Positions 36,401 to 47,014 of a stretch of DNA of 64,000 nucleotides are shown piece by piece (the stretch's first letter is position 1; each line of letters begins with the position of its first letter). The notes under the pieces are model-generated. The model searched no databases. It saw only the letters and a program-made list of their open reading frames with translations, and was not told where the DNA came from. The stretch lies in contig NC_045697.1 of NCBI RefSeq assembly GCF_009834535.1, positions 2,730,001 to 2,794,000 of the forward strand, in the 5' to 3' direction. The translations under genes and the position numbers were made by a program. This DNA is from Camelus ferus (Eukaryota).

Positions 36401-39400
36401 AAGTGTGCAATAGCACCACATCTAAAAAAAAGAATACATACTTCAATTTAAAAATATTTTATTGCTAAAAAATGCTAACTATCACTCATCTTCAGTGAGT
36501 TGTAGGAGTTAGTTCAAATGTCACTGATCACAGATCACCATAACAAACACAATAATGATGGAAAAGTTTGAACTAGAGTGCAAATTACCAAATGTGACTC
36601 AGAGACATGAAGTGAGAAAAATTCTGTTGGACAATGGGGCCAAAAGACTAGCTAGCCAGGGTTGTCACAAACTTCCAATTTGTAAAAACTGCAGTATTTG
36701 CAACGGACAACAAAGCAAGGTAGGCTTGCCAGAACTTCATCTCTGAGCCGGTGTGGGCACACAGGTGTTTGCCGTCACTTTCTTTTTACATCTTACAAAA
36801 CAGATCTCCTTTTTGGAAGTATATTTTCTGTACTTTAATTTTTCATATATTAAAATATCTTTAAGCTTATTCTAAAAATCATGGTAATTTAGTAATTAAT
36901 GTTCAGTTGTTTTAAATTAAACATTTCTCTTTTGTTTTCTTGAAAAAAAATTAGTAACTTGAAAAAAAAAAAGACCAAGACAAAGAAGGGAAAAGTCCTT
37001 TTCCATAACACAACCGCCAGCGCTTTTGTGGTTTGAATCCCTAAGTTCGTCAAAGTACAGGCTGCAGCAGGGGACCTTAGCTGGGTGTATTTTGACTTAT
37101 ATCTGCATCAGTATGAAGCTAGAAGGAACACAGGAAAAACATGTTGCCTGGAGCAGTCTGGTACCTCCCCTCCCTCACCTAACTTAAATGGGGGTGGGGC
37201 CACAGGCATCCTTCTCCAGAGTTACCTTGACCATGCCTTTATACTTCTCTTTAAGCTCCTGGTAAGCCTTGCTGTACTTCATGATGGAGACGAGGGACAG
37301 GGTGCTTTTGAATCCACTCTGCCTGCCCTCCACACACCACCTGGCCAGCTTGGCCAGCAGCTCTTCTCCAAGCCAGGTGGGTTTGGGATAAACAATTCCA
37401 TCTGAATGCCATCTTTCTGGACAGAAAATTAAAACAGATATGAACCTTTAAAAATAAGAGAAATACGAATAAGCAGGGCTGGTTTCATTTCTTATTTTTA
37501 AATTATACATTTATATTTACCAAAAAGAAAGAAGACAGCTACAATTATAAAATATTTTACCCAAAACAGAAAACATCTGGAACTAGTTGCAGAATTTTCA
37601 TCTACTAGAGAAAAACATATTTAAAAAGCAGGAAAAATTTCTTTTCTCTTGCAAACATTAAAAATGCATTTACACATCTCACAAAGCCCAACAGAGGGAT
37701 GGACAAACAATTCTTCTCACCTTCTGCTCCACGCACTAACTAGCCAGATTCTAAAATGTCTAAGGATTTTCCTAACTTTTCAATGTTTTATACATTTCAC
37801 ATGTGCAACTCAGATGTCGAATGCTGGTTCACCAGGTAGAATGGAACGTGACTACGCCACACCAAATGCACTGAGCACCTGCTGCGGCCGGGCCCCATGC
37901 TGGGCCTCCTTAACAGCCCAGCGGACAGCAGCTCCAGTGCTCACCCCCCAGCTCCCGCATCAGCGCCCATCAGTGACTGCCCCAGGCAAACACGGCTTTC
38001 TCACAGGGTCTGCCCTTACTCCACACTTTCCAACAAGAGCAGTGGGATGCAAAGGCCTCGGGGGAAGGTCGTTGGGCAACCTTAGTCAACTGTCAAGAAG
38101 CTTCACCCTGTAGGTGCTGACTTTCCCATCAAGCTTCCAAGCCTGTAACAGGTCCCTATGAAGCCCAACCCAGGGGGCTCAAAAATTATTAAACCCATTT
38201 CATAGGTGAGAAGACCGAGGGCCAAAGAGACGACATACTCAAGGCCACACTGCTTGGGGGGAACCCAGGTCCTGTGTGACTCCCAAAGCAAGCTCTCCCA
38301 CTGGACCCCTCAGCTTTTTATGAAACTGTGTGCAACGCCCATGTGGGTTAAGCAAACATGATCCTGACAGCTGTTCTTGAAAGCACAGGCCCATGTGGCT
38401 CTCTGGAAAGCATCAACCGCAGAGATAAGAGTGAATTTACCCTTTTGACTTTTTCACTGAAAAAATACCTAATCGAAGTAAACCAAATTTCACACTTTCT
38501 GGACAGGCCCAAACACCACGTGGAACTCCGGAACGTATTACACTGCTACTTTTACAACGCACATCACTGAACTCCTACCATGTCTAAAACCGCGTGAGCC
38601 TCAGCAGGAAATAAAAAAGGAAGCTTACACTTACCCTTAATTAACAAGTTGTAAGAAACACTGAAGTAACAAAGGGATAGAGTTTACTTGAACTTGCTGC
38701 TGGAACTGAGTGCTACTAACTGTCAAGGCTACACACAGCAGAAGATTCCAGCCAGGCCGTGGCCATCCAGGCACCACCAGCAGGAACAAAGCCCAGGCCA
38801 GGAAACACCAACTAGAAAGCACATAGCCAAAATGCCTGAGAGAGTCCGGTCTCTCCTCAGCGACCTGGCATCTCACAGCTGCCCGAGCAAACAATCAACT
38901 GAAACCACGAAACACTGAGAGAAAGGAATCAGTTTTCTAGTCCTTACCACTCTCCTTCGTTCTGGCTGAGCTGAATTTGATACACATTGCTCATCTTAAC
39001 CTTCAAGTTGCCTTCGTCACCTTCTTCCAGAGGCAAAAACGTTACTGTTCCATTGAGGACATCTGAGGGGAAGAAGGATAAGGATGATAAATGAAAAGCG
39101 CTCAGCTCAGGGTCTCATCAGGAGTGGTCTTAGAAACAGTGATGAACCCATTATCCTGCCTTCAGCCCCAGGGCTTCTCCCCACCCAGTTTACAACAGTG
39201 ATCGTCTCAGTCATTGCTGCCTCCCAGGCGTGCACCTCTGCACCCCTGCTCCGCGTGGCTCATGGCAGCCATGCTCAGTGGGAGACAAGTGTAGAAAGCA
39301 ATCCTGGAGAGGCACTCCTTGTTGGGAGGAGCCCTGCCTCACCAAGAGAAAGGTTTAGCAGGCCTCTCCTCTTCAGTGAAGCCAACGTGAGATCGCAGAA

Positions 39401-41379
39401 GTCCACGTCTGAAGGCCTTGTGGGCCCTGATGCACTAACCCCTCCATCCAGTAGGGATGAAATGGAGAAGGTGATAAAAGATGGAAGGGCTCCTAAACTA
39501 GTCTGGGCACTAGGGTCAGAGAGGGCCTCCCGGAGAAGAGGACAACTGGGAATAGTCTTGTGAGGACACAGAAGCAGACAGTACGAATAGGGCGGCGAGT
39601 ACACACCTACCAGCAATTTAGTGCTGCTTAGTGGTGGACAGAAGAGCCTCAAAAGATGCCCACGCCCGAATACCCAGAACCGGTGACTACGCTGTGCCAC
39701 GTGGCAAAAAGGGACTCTACAGACGTGGTAAGGGTTACAGACCTCAGAAGAGGATGTACTCTGGGTTACGTGGATGGGCTCCATCTAGTCATATGAGCCC
39801 GGAAAAGCTGAGAGCTGTCTCCAACTAGAGGCGGGAGAGGTGCAGCAGCAGCAGAAGTCAATGAGGTTCCAAGTGGGAGAAGGATCAGCACGGCTGCCCG
39901 CTGAGATAAAGGGAGGCCCCTACAAGCGTCCCAGGAGCCAGCCTTTCCACTTATGCCTTTACCTGCTAACTCCTCTATCACCTAATGTCCAGCACTCCTT
40001 CACCTTCTCCCTCGGGCCTTCCAGGTACCGCCCCATCAACAACTCCATCCTCTACGTTTCTACGTGCCTCCTCCAAAAATAATCAAAAACCTACAACCTC
40101 CCCAGGGCATTGCAAGGGAACTGGTATAGTTGGTGCCTCAAGCACCTTTTCACTGACTGCCTGCTTTTTAATCTAACGGCATCTTCTACCAAAGATCCTC
40201 CTCTTGACCAAACTCTAGCCAGGCTCCTCTGAGCCGGGTCTCAACTAGGTTTCAACTTTGGCCTACAGAGACCTGAACAAACACTAGTCCAGTTCCTAAC
40301 AGCTCAAGGCCATATCCCTAAGATGACCTTGGGCCCCTTAAAGTGCCTACATGAGAAAACTCAAGGTTGACAGAAGAACTGACTGCTCCAGCCCACACCT
40401 GAAGACCGGCCCCAGTGTCGCAGCCTATGTGGGAGGGGAGGATCTGACTTCCATAAGCACCAGTTAGCAAACCCAGATGAGTGTTACATGAAGCAACCCC
40501 CCCAACCCTGCACCTTTCCTGCTTTTTTGGGTCAATTTTTCACCTTCTTGCCTCTACTGAGACACCCACCCCTCCCCACACCTTCTTTCTCCCTTTAAAA
40601 GGCCCAGTCACCTCTGCACAAATCCAAGTGGAATTCAGTTCACGCTGGGGTCCTCTCCCTATTGTTAGTATATTACTAATAGAAATCTACCCTCGCCACT
40701 TTAACTGGCTTCCGGCTGTTTATCTTTGACCCCGCCACTATCAGAAACACTTACCTTGCACGACTATTTCTTTCCTCGGGCCACCAAGCGGGCAGTGCGG
40801 GCTCGTTTTCGGGATGACGGTTCTGAGAACCACGTCGAGCTCGTGCTGAGCCTCTGGCTGCGATTCGGCCCCAGAGCCGGAGAGGAAGGTTAGCAACTCT
40901 CGGTTGCCGCCGGCGAGACTTTGGGAGAAATCGTCCCAGAGAGAATCCAGATGCAAGGCGGCGAAGTCGCCCTCCCCGGCTCCAGCCTTGCCGCGCTGCT
41001 CAGGGGCCCCTGAGAGCAGGGGCGCTGCGGCTGCCTTCCTCTGGGCCTCCCCTTGCTGCCGCCGGCCCTGGGACTCCGCGGGCCCTGCGCTCGGCCTGGG
41101 GCCCGGCCCCTCCTCGGGGAAACGCTGGCCGGGTCCCGGGCCCTCCTCCGGTCGGCATCCCGCCCCGGCCTGCTCCTCCTGCTCGGGGCCTGCGTTCGGC
41201 CCGGGGCCGCGGGCCTCGGCTCGGGGTAGGGTGGCGCTCCGCCGGGCCTCCAGGCGGACGCCACACAGCCGCTTGTTCGCCACCTGTGGCCTCTCCAGCC
41301 ACACGGCCACCCCCGCCCAGAAGCCCCCCGGGAGCAGGGAGGCCGGGTCGCGCACGACAACCCGACCCAGCTCAGCCAT
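18284..41379 (-). CDS. TRMT44: TRMT44, probable tRNA (uracil-O(2)-)-methyltransferase; whole coding span, 11 exons, 734 aa
   Basis: Manually spliced exons (625+115+220+69+108+72+107+184+379+117+209 = 2205 nt) give one uninterrupted frame with the SAM-binding motif FVDLGCGNG, WLIGNHSDELTPW and a C-terminal CCCH zinc finger. Matches recalled human TRMT44. Head-to-head with ACOX3 as in human. Confidence 0.96.
23727..23843 (-). CDS. TRMT44: TRMT44 coding exon 10 (SLSLAEVASELDRETLQRLKRECGGLQTLLRNSHQVFQ)
   Basis: caacag| acceptor, |gtaggg donor, 117 nt. Confidence 0.95.
25820..25901 (-). mobile_element. tRNA-Ala-derived SINE
   Basis: Reverse complement of the SINE head. Confidence 0.8.
26035..26413 (-). 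CDS. TRMT44: TRMT44 coding exon 9 (VCLIGKSRTYP...VEAWNRG)
   Basis: ctgcag| acceptor, |gtaacg donor, 379 nt; overlaps ORF 25967..26362. Confidence 0.93.
26588..26724. repeat. Tandem duplication, 2 x ~68 bp, CpG-rich
   Basis: Units begin GGCTCGAGCCC at 26588 and 26656. Confidence 0.9.
28414..28597 (-). CDS. TRMT44: TRMT44 coding exon 8 (SSYHCRFFVLPCCFFDF...LRIPSTKR)
   Basis: tttgaag| acceptor, |gtacgt donor, 184 nt; PCC and LRIPSTKR motifs. Confidence 0.95.
29050..29570 (+). mobile_element. L1 3' end containing an inserted tRNA-derived SINE (~29106-29296)
   Basis: SINE head at 29106-29181 and tail at 29236-29296; L1 3'UTR terminus (gaaactaatgtaatattgtaaatca). Confidence 0.7.
30099..30205 (-). 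CDS. TRMT44: TRMT44 coding exon 7 (EGAVTPNDNTLFPEADWLIGNHSDELTPWIPVIAAR)
   Basis: ttttag| acceptor, |gtgggt donor, 107 nt. Confidence 0.95.
33007..33078 (-). CDS. TRMT44: TRMT44 coding exon 6 (HPGRGIDVRRRNIWDMYGPQTHLE)
   Basis: tttcag| acceptor, |gtacag donor, 72 nt. Confidence 0.95.
33567..33660 (+). mobile_element. tRNA-Ala-derived SINE with poly(A)
   Basis: tRNA-like head, poly(A), TSD AACCTGTTCC (33557-33566) / AATCTGTTCC (33661-33670). Confidence 0.88.
34333..34440 (-). CDS. TRMT44: TRMT44 coding exon 5 (ILWEEER...FVDLGCGNGLLVHILSSEG)
   Basis: cttag| acceptor, |gtaaag donor, 108 nt; SAM-binding motif I. Confidence 0.96.
35197..35265 (-). CDS. TRMT44: TRMT44 coding exon 4 (VWPEVTDPEKFVYEDVAIAAYLL)
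   Basis: ttttag| acceptor, |gtaaga donor, 69 nt; conserved Trm44-family motif. Confidence 0.95.
36264..36730. mobile_element. Internally deleted Tigger1-family DNA transposon
   Basis: Tigger1-type sequence gcgagtcac...tggtttcccagt...tgtttacactatactgt...tttattgctaaaaaatgctaac, with both ends present. Family from recall. Confidence 0.75.
37226..37445 (-). CDS. TRMT44: TRMT44 coding exon 3 (FISVLIFCPERWHSDG...KEKYKGMVK)
   Basis: taaag| acceptor, |gtaac donor, 220 nt. Confidence 0.95.
38948..39062 (-). CDS. TRMT44: TRMT44 coding exon 2 (DVLNGTVTFLPLEEGDEGNLKVKMSNVYQIQLSQNEGEW)
   Basis: cccctcag| acceptor, |gtaagg donor, 115 nt, frame continuous. Confidence 0.95.
39630..39900. mobile_element. 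MaLR (MLT1-like) LTR fragment
   Basis: aaaagatgcccacg...ccagaacc...tggcaaaaagggact motif. Confidence 0.6.
40186..40730 (+). mobile_element. ERV1-type solo LTR (MER31-like)
   Basis: ctcttgaccaaactctagccaggctcctctgagcc start, TATA-like tttaaaag, terminus tctttgac. Family from recall. Confidence 0.6.
40755..41379 (-). CDS. TRMT44: TRMT44 coding exon 1 (MAELGRVVVRDP...KEIVVQ)
   Basis: ATG at 41379 in GCCATGG Kozak context within a CpG island; donor AAG|GTAAGT at 40754; phase 1. Confidence 0.93.
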
Positions 41380-41480
41380 GGCCTGCTGCACCCAGCGCCC
41401 GGCGGCGCACCGCGATGACGTAGGCTGCAGAGCGGCGTGTTTGCGTCATGGGGCGGGGCGCTGGGGCCGGAAACGAAGGA
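40790..41480. promoter_or_regulatory. CpG island / TRMT44 (probably bidirectional) promoter
   Basis: Dense CpG over exon 1. CRE half-sites TGACG (41416) and TGCGTCA (41442), GC box GGGGCGGGGC (41450-41459), ETS-like CCGGAA (41467). Confidence 0.8.
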
Positions 41481-42183
41481 GGTGAAGATGGACCCTCTGC
41501 TCTACCTGCTTTCGTTTCCCTGACAGCGTTCTCCCGGGGAGATCTCGGCTGAAGAATTTAACTTTCTTCTCCAGGGATCCATCCAGAGGTGTCGGTGCCG
41601 GATAGTAACGTGACCCGAGCTGCGTTTGGAGACTTCTGGAGGTGCTGTATTTACGGAATCATAAAGATCATCCCTGCATCCACCTGATTGTCTCCAGTAT
41701 TGATTACTGGTAAAGTCGGGGAGCCCGCGTTTGTGAATGTTCAGGATTAGTCCTTTTGTGAAAGCTCGCGCTTCCCCGTTTGCATTCTGGTGTGCTTTCT
41801 GGTGAGAGCTATAGCCGGTACCTTAAAACGTCTGAGCGCTGCCCTGGGGTGTTTCTTATGACAGGCGAACGTCAGCTGTCACCTGCGTGTCCCCACGAGG
41901 AACAGGGAAGGCTGGGTACTGCCAGTTTAGGCCAATTATCACCAGCACAGTCTGCGGAATCTAGTTCCAGAATTCCAAGTACCTCGAAGATTCTTTATTC
42001 TTTTTGTACATTGGTCCCTCAGTTGGGATTTTGCCATTCCCTAATCAGAATCAACGAGTGGAAACTAACTCAAATCTTGTGATTTATCGGCAAGAAGAGC
42101 AAAGACCAAATGTCTGTGGAATTAAATAAAAGATGAGTGATAAACCTCATAGTCTTTGATCATGCAGTTGATTTTCATGCCGC

Positions 42184-42500
42184 TGTATTAGTTTCCTGTG
42201 GCTGCCAGAACAAATTATTATAAACTAGGTAGCGTAAAACAACAGAAACTAATTCTCTCACAGATCTTCAGGCTCCAAGAGAATCTGTTTTGTGCCTTGC
42301 TCTCAGCGTCTGGTGGGCGCCAGCAGTTTTAGTGTTCTGGGCTTGTGGCCACATAACTCTAACCTCTGCCTCCATGGTCACATGGCATTCTTGTTTCTCT
42401 TTGTCTCTACTCCCACAAAGATCCTATTTTCAGATAAGATCACAGGTACAGTGGGTTAGGACTTTGACATGTCTTGTGTCGGGAGCCTAATTCAACTCCC
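42184..42500. mobile_element. MaLR (MLT1-like) LTR
   Basis: tgtattagtttcctgtggctgcc...aaaacaacagaaactaattctctcacag. Confidence 0.75.
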
Positions 42501-42911
42501 AGCATGGTCCAAAGATATTTAGCTTGGTTGGGGCAGCCAAAAGATGAATAATTTCAAACGTTACTAGTTGCTAATGTGTGGAAGGACCTGGGCTAAGCAC
42601 TGAGGATGCAGGGCTAAATAAGATCCTGCCCTTGAGAAACCTTGAGGCCAATGGCAGAGCCAGACAGGTAAGACAATGACCATGGAGTATGAAAAGTACA
42701 AGTGTCAAGATATACGGGGTGCAGAGGTTGCAGAAGGTTGGAAGTTTTCCCCTCCATGGCTCCTATCTTGAAGGAAAGGTGTTGTGAAAGGACACAGTGA
42801 CAACCGAGTTTAAAAGAACCAACGTACTAAAAACAATTCTGCAAGGAAGTCCTGACTTCAGAAGAACTGGCTGTCCAAATAAAGAGCACAGAACAAAACA
42901 GAAAAGTTCCA

Positions 42912-43012
42912 GGTGGTGGGTATATCTCAGTGGTGGAGCACATGCTTAGGATGCACTGAGGTCCTGGGATCAATCCCCAGCACCTCCATTGAAAAAAAAA
43001 AAAAAAAAAAAA
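42912..43012 (+). mobile_element. tRNA-Ala-derived SINE with poly(A)
   Basis: tRNA-like head followed by an A-run of about 20 nt. Confidence 0.85.
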
Positions 43013-43849
43013 GGACTAATAGTATAGTTCAAAGGGTATAGTTTGTTCACTGTAGGGGAAGAAAATCCCCCCCCCCACCATGATTCTCATCTCTACAAAG
43101 GTCATCACATAGCTACAATCTTTGGTATTACCAAAGCCAAGAGCAATGTTTTTCATTAGGGAGTTTGCAATTTATAGGAAAGCAAAATTCCTATATTGCA
43201 AAATACAGGAAAGCGTTAGGGGGTTGGTATTGGACTGGGCACTGACTTAGTGGGCTGGTGTTAGACTGGGCATTCTTGCTTATTTTCATTGAACTCAGGG
43301 TGCAAAGTGCTTTTGTTTTTTCATTCAGCTTGTTCTGTAATGTCTGTAATCAAAACAGCAACAAGGCAAGTTACCCATCCACTCGGTTTCTCATGTATAG
43401 AAAGAGTGCTGTTTTATTTAATTATGAGCTCAATTCCTCAAAAGCCTCTAGCTTCTCAGACTTTGTGCCCTTATACTTCTGCGCCTTTTTGTTTCTGGGC
43501 CATGACATTTTCCCCTGTCCTGGTCCTGACTGATTTGGTCCCTGCAGCTCTGCTGCATGTCACATGGACAGAGCGGAGAGTGATCACTGGGCAGAACTCT
43601 AGAGGCCAAGGTCTTTGGAGTAAGAGATCATAAATTCAGAAGCCAGTGTTAAGGGGGGAGGCGGAAATTCCAGTTCAATGTGGGCTGGTATCCTTGCATA
43701 AGATCATGCCAGTTCTTGCCAGAAACTCACACACCAAATTAAGAACACAGTTAATCTCTTGACTCCTGCCTCCAGTGTCCCACGCAACCTAGTTTCTGCC
43801 TTCCTTTCCAAGGTCATTCTCCTTCCCCTTACCCACTAAGCCCCTGCCA

Positions 43850-44190
43850 TAGGGCGCTTCTTGTTTTTGGAACTGGGAAGGTCACTCCTCTCATTCCCGC
43901 CCTGTTCCTCTGCCTGGAATGCTCATTCCCTATCTTCTTCCAATAACAAATCAGATTAAATGTCCTCTCCTCAGACAGGACTTCCCGACCCCCCAATCAA
44001 GTAGCCCCCAGACATTTCATCTCTTATTACCCTGTTTTGCTTTCTTCTAATTATCCAAACTTCATTGTGTGTTATCTCCTTCCTCTAGAACATAAATGTC
44101 CTAAGTTCGGGACCCCTGTCTGGCTTGTTTATGTCCATAGCCCTAGCTTAGTATTTGGCACATAGGAGACACCCAATGATAATTTCTGAG
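43850..44190. mobile_element. L2 3' fragment
   Basis: ctgttcctctgcctggaatgctc...tggcacataggagacaccca. Confidence 0.6.
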
Positions 44191-44399
44191 TGGACAGGTC
44201 TCCAGGCGAAGGCAGCGTGTCAGAGAGCTGTGCGGATAGCAGGGCTGTCAGGACTGTCCCCGGGAGAAGCAGGGCCCTGAGCAGACGCTGCTGGGCGAAA
44301 GCTGGAAAGATCCAGGCTTAGGTTGAGGTCCCAAACCGTGGCTTGGGGTTGGGAGTGGTCTCAGGATAGTGCTATCCTGTAGAACTTCCCGTGAGGGTG

Positions 44400-44790
44400 G
44401 GAATGTTCCGTGTCTCCACTGCCCGCCACCCGCTCGCAGGCTCCTGTGGCCTTTGAGCGCAGAGGCTTCCTGCGTTTCCCAGGCGACGGGGTGTGGGGGA
44501 GGGGGGGTGGCGGGCGGCGCGCCTCGATGACGTCAGCGGTGAGGTGGGGCGGGGCAGATAACCCGGCCTGTCCGCGCCTGCGCGTTCCTCTTCCCGGGGC
44601 CTTGGCTGCTCCGATCAGCTCCGTAGAGCACCTGCTGTGTGTGCTGGGCACTGGGGCGACACTGCGAGGTCCGAAGGTCGAGCTGCGTTTGCCTCGGGGC
44701 GCAGGGGCGGCTCGTGCAAAGGTCCCGGGGCACACTCGTGTCTGGCGCAGAGGCTGGGAGGGCCGGCTGCCGGGCAGGTAAATGTGTGAG
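44400..44790 (+). promoter_or_regulatory. Second CpG island; candidate ACOX3 promoter and non-coding first exon ending at 44777
   Basis: CpG-rich; palindromic CRE TGACGTCA 44528-44535; GC box 44546-44555; donor CAG|GTAAAT at 44777/44778. The ACOX3 ATG exon has a splice acceptor, so an upstream non-coding exon must exist. Confidence 0.6.
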
Positions 44791-44883
44791 ACTTTTTGAG
44801 GACTTTGGACATTGTCCCCTTGATGCAGGAAAAACGGATGTGGGGCATGAGGAGGGCCGTGTCCCAGGCTTTGGTTGAGCCCC

Positions 44884-45906
44884 TGGGACGTGCTCCGCCA
44901 AGTGTGGGTCCTTGGCTTCGTGCCGGAAAGAATTCAAGAGCGAGCCACAGTTGAGTAAAGGTGGGTTTATTCAGAGGGATACATTGAAAGGCAAGACAAA
45001 AGCCACGAGGTGTGGGGGTTGGGTGCTCAGATTAAAAGTAAGTACACACTCCATAGACAGTGTGGGCCGTCTCCGAAGAGGGAGAAAGAGGGGGCAGTGG
45101 CCCTCGAGGCACCATATTGCCGGTTTTTATGGGCTCGGTGGCTTCATATGCCAGTAAGTGGAAGGACCAGTGTAAGTAGCCTGGGGAAGGGGCTGGGATT
45201 CCCAAGAAGTTGTCCATTTCCCACTCTGACCCTCTGTGGCTGTTACGGAAACGACAGGCCAGTCAAGAAACAAGCACCACCCTGAGGGTTGGAGTACTCA
45301 GATGTATTATGCCAGCGGGCTCAGAGGGGCTTCTGCTCCAAAGCTCTGAGCGCCTCCAAGACGTGCACATGAGGTTTTATAGGGTAAAGTACAAGCTTAG
45401 GGGTATTCGGCCAATAGGCATGGAACAGCTTTAGCAGCAGCAGCATCACAAAAGTGGAGGCGGGGAGGCAGCAAACCAACATTCCAAAGCCAGATATGTA
45501 TCTTTGAAAATCCAGCTGGCTAGCAAAAAAACATGAACAGCAAACCAACACTAATTAACCTAGATTTACAAGTTAGTCCAGCAGAACTCAGATCAGTACT
45601 CCAATACTTAGACTTGTTAGCCTAGCCCAGCCTCTCCTTCAGCATTCCTAGACTTATGAGTTATCTTGTCAGACCAGCCCAGTTTTTCCTTCACATGGCT
45701 AGCCCTGGGACTGCCTTGGCGCCTGTGGGCATGCTATTCACCATGCTTACATTACAGGGGGCGTATAATGAAGCTCAAGATCTGCTAGAAGTTAAATCTC
45801 TTCATCTTGAGCCTCAAGGCCTCCTGGAGGTTGAATCCTTCACCATTTTGATGTTAATTGCTGTGGCAGTCCTTGAATGGCTATGCCCTGCCCCCTTCCT
45901 GTCTCA
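44884..45906 (-). mobile_element. ERV solo LTR interrupted by a second LTR
   Basis: Ends cctgtctCA; antisense poly(A) signal tttatt near 44966; boundaries approximate. Confidence 0.6.
45241..45695 (-). mobile_element. Nested ERV solo LTR
   Basis: TG...CA termini flanked by the 4-bp repeat TGGC (45237-45240, 45696-45699). Confidence 0.55.
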
Positions 45907-47014
45907 CCCTGAGATCACCAGACAGCTGTCACCTAAAGGGAGAACCGTTGGCTCTGCGTGTTAGGACCGCGTCTACAATTGTCTGAAAGCGGCAATTACC
46001 ACAGTAATGATATGGACGTTCCATGCTGGGACCTACTCCGCACGGCCCTGTTAATTAATGGCCACAGCCTGGTAACTAGATACCTGACCAGCATTACCGT
46101 GTTGTCATCTCCCCTGAGGCACCGATTGGTGAAGTGACTTTGCTGCGCTTGCCCAACAGGTTAGCTCTAAAACTGGGATCCAACACCAGGTGCCTGCCTT
46201 CAAGCCCTTGTTTTAACAGCTGGACTGTCATGCAGGGATGCTGGTGACCTCCGGTGGCGTTTGACTGCTTGGGGACTGGGATTTGGGGCGGGGCGTGCCT
46301 GATAACCGCCGTTTGACCTTGGGCGGCAGTTTACTTGACTGGCAAGCTCCATTTCCTCGCCTGGAAGATGAGGCTGCTTGAGGCTGCCATGCTGATGAGT
46401 CAGTTGCTTGATCTTGATTAGCCATGTGTGAGATTAACATATTCACCACACGCAATGACTGTTTGGTCAACGACTGGAGATTATTAGGATAGATTTAATA
46501 GGCGCAACGAGAAAAGAAGAGATTCAGTCGACATTAAAGAGGTGCAGTGGTGAGGGGTGTTGGTAACTAACTGGGTTGTGGGGCACCAGGGAGGAGAGAG
46601 TTCCAGGGTGACACTTGGGTTTATAGCGTGACTAACCTTGGGTCACTGGTGGCATTGAACTAGACCTGCAGGATGACAGTATGGGCAGGGGGGAGCAGTG
46701 CTGAACTTTCAGAGTCTGAGGACCTCCAGAATGTGAGAGGGGAGGGGTGTTCAGGAAACTGCCAATGAGCACATGGGTCTGGAAGCATGGATTTGGGAGC
46801 CCTCTGTGCACTGAGACAATTTAAAGGGACGTGATGATGCAGAGCGAGAGTGGCTGAGGGGGACGCAGGAGGAGCAGCAGAGGGAGGGGGCAGGAGAGGA
46901 ACAGGGATGGGGCCACGTGCAGGAAGTCCAGAAAGAGACAGTTTCCCTTGGACTTCATAGCTTGCATTTGGGGGCACTTGGTCTCTGCTCAGAGCTGTGC
47001 CTTACTTAAAAGTT

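Noticed and set aside
40904..41485. 193-aa ORF antisense to TRMT44 exon 1
   Set aside because: Shadow of a very GC-rich coding exon and CpG island.
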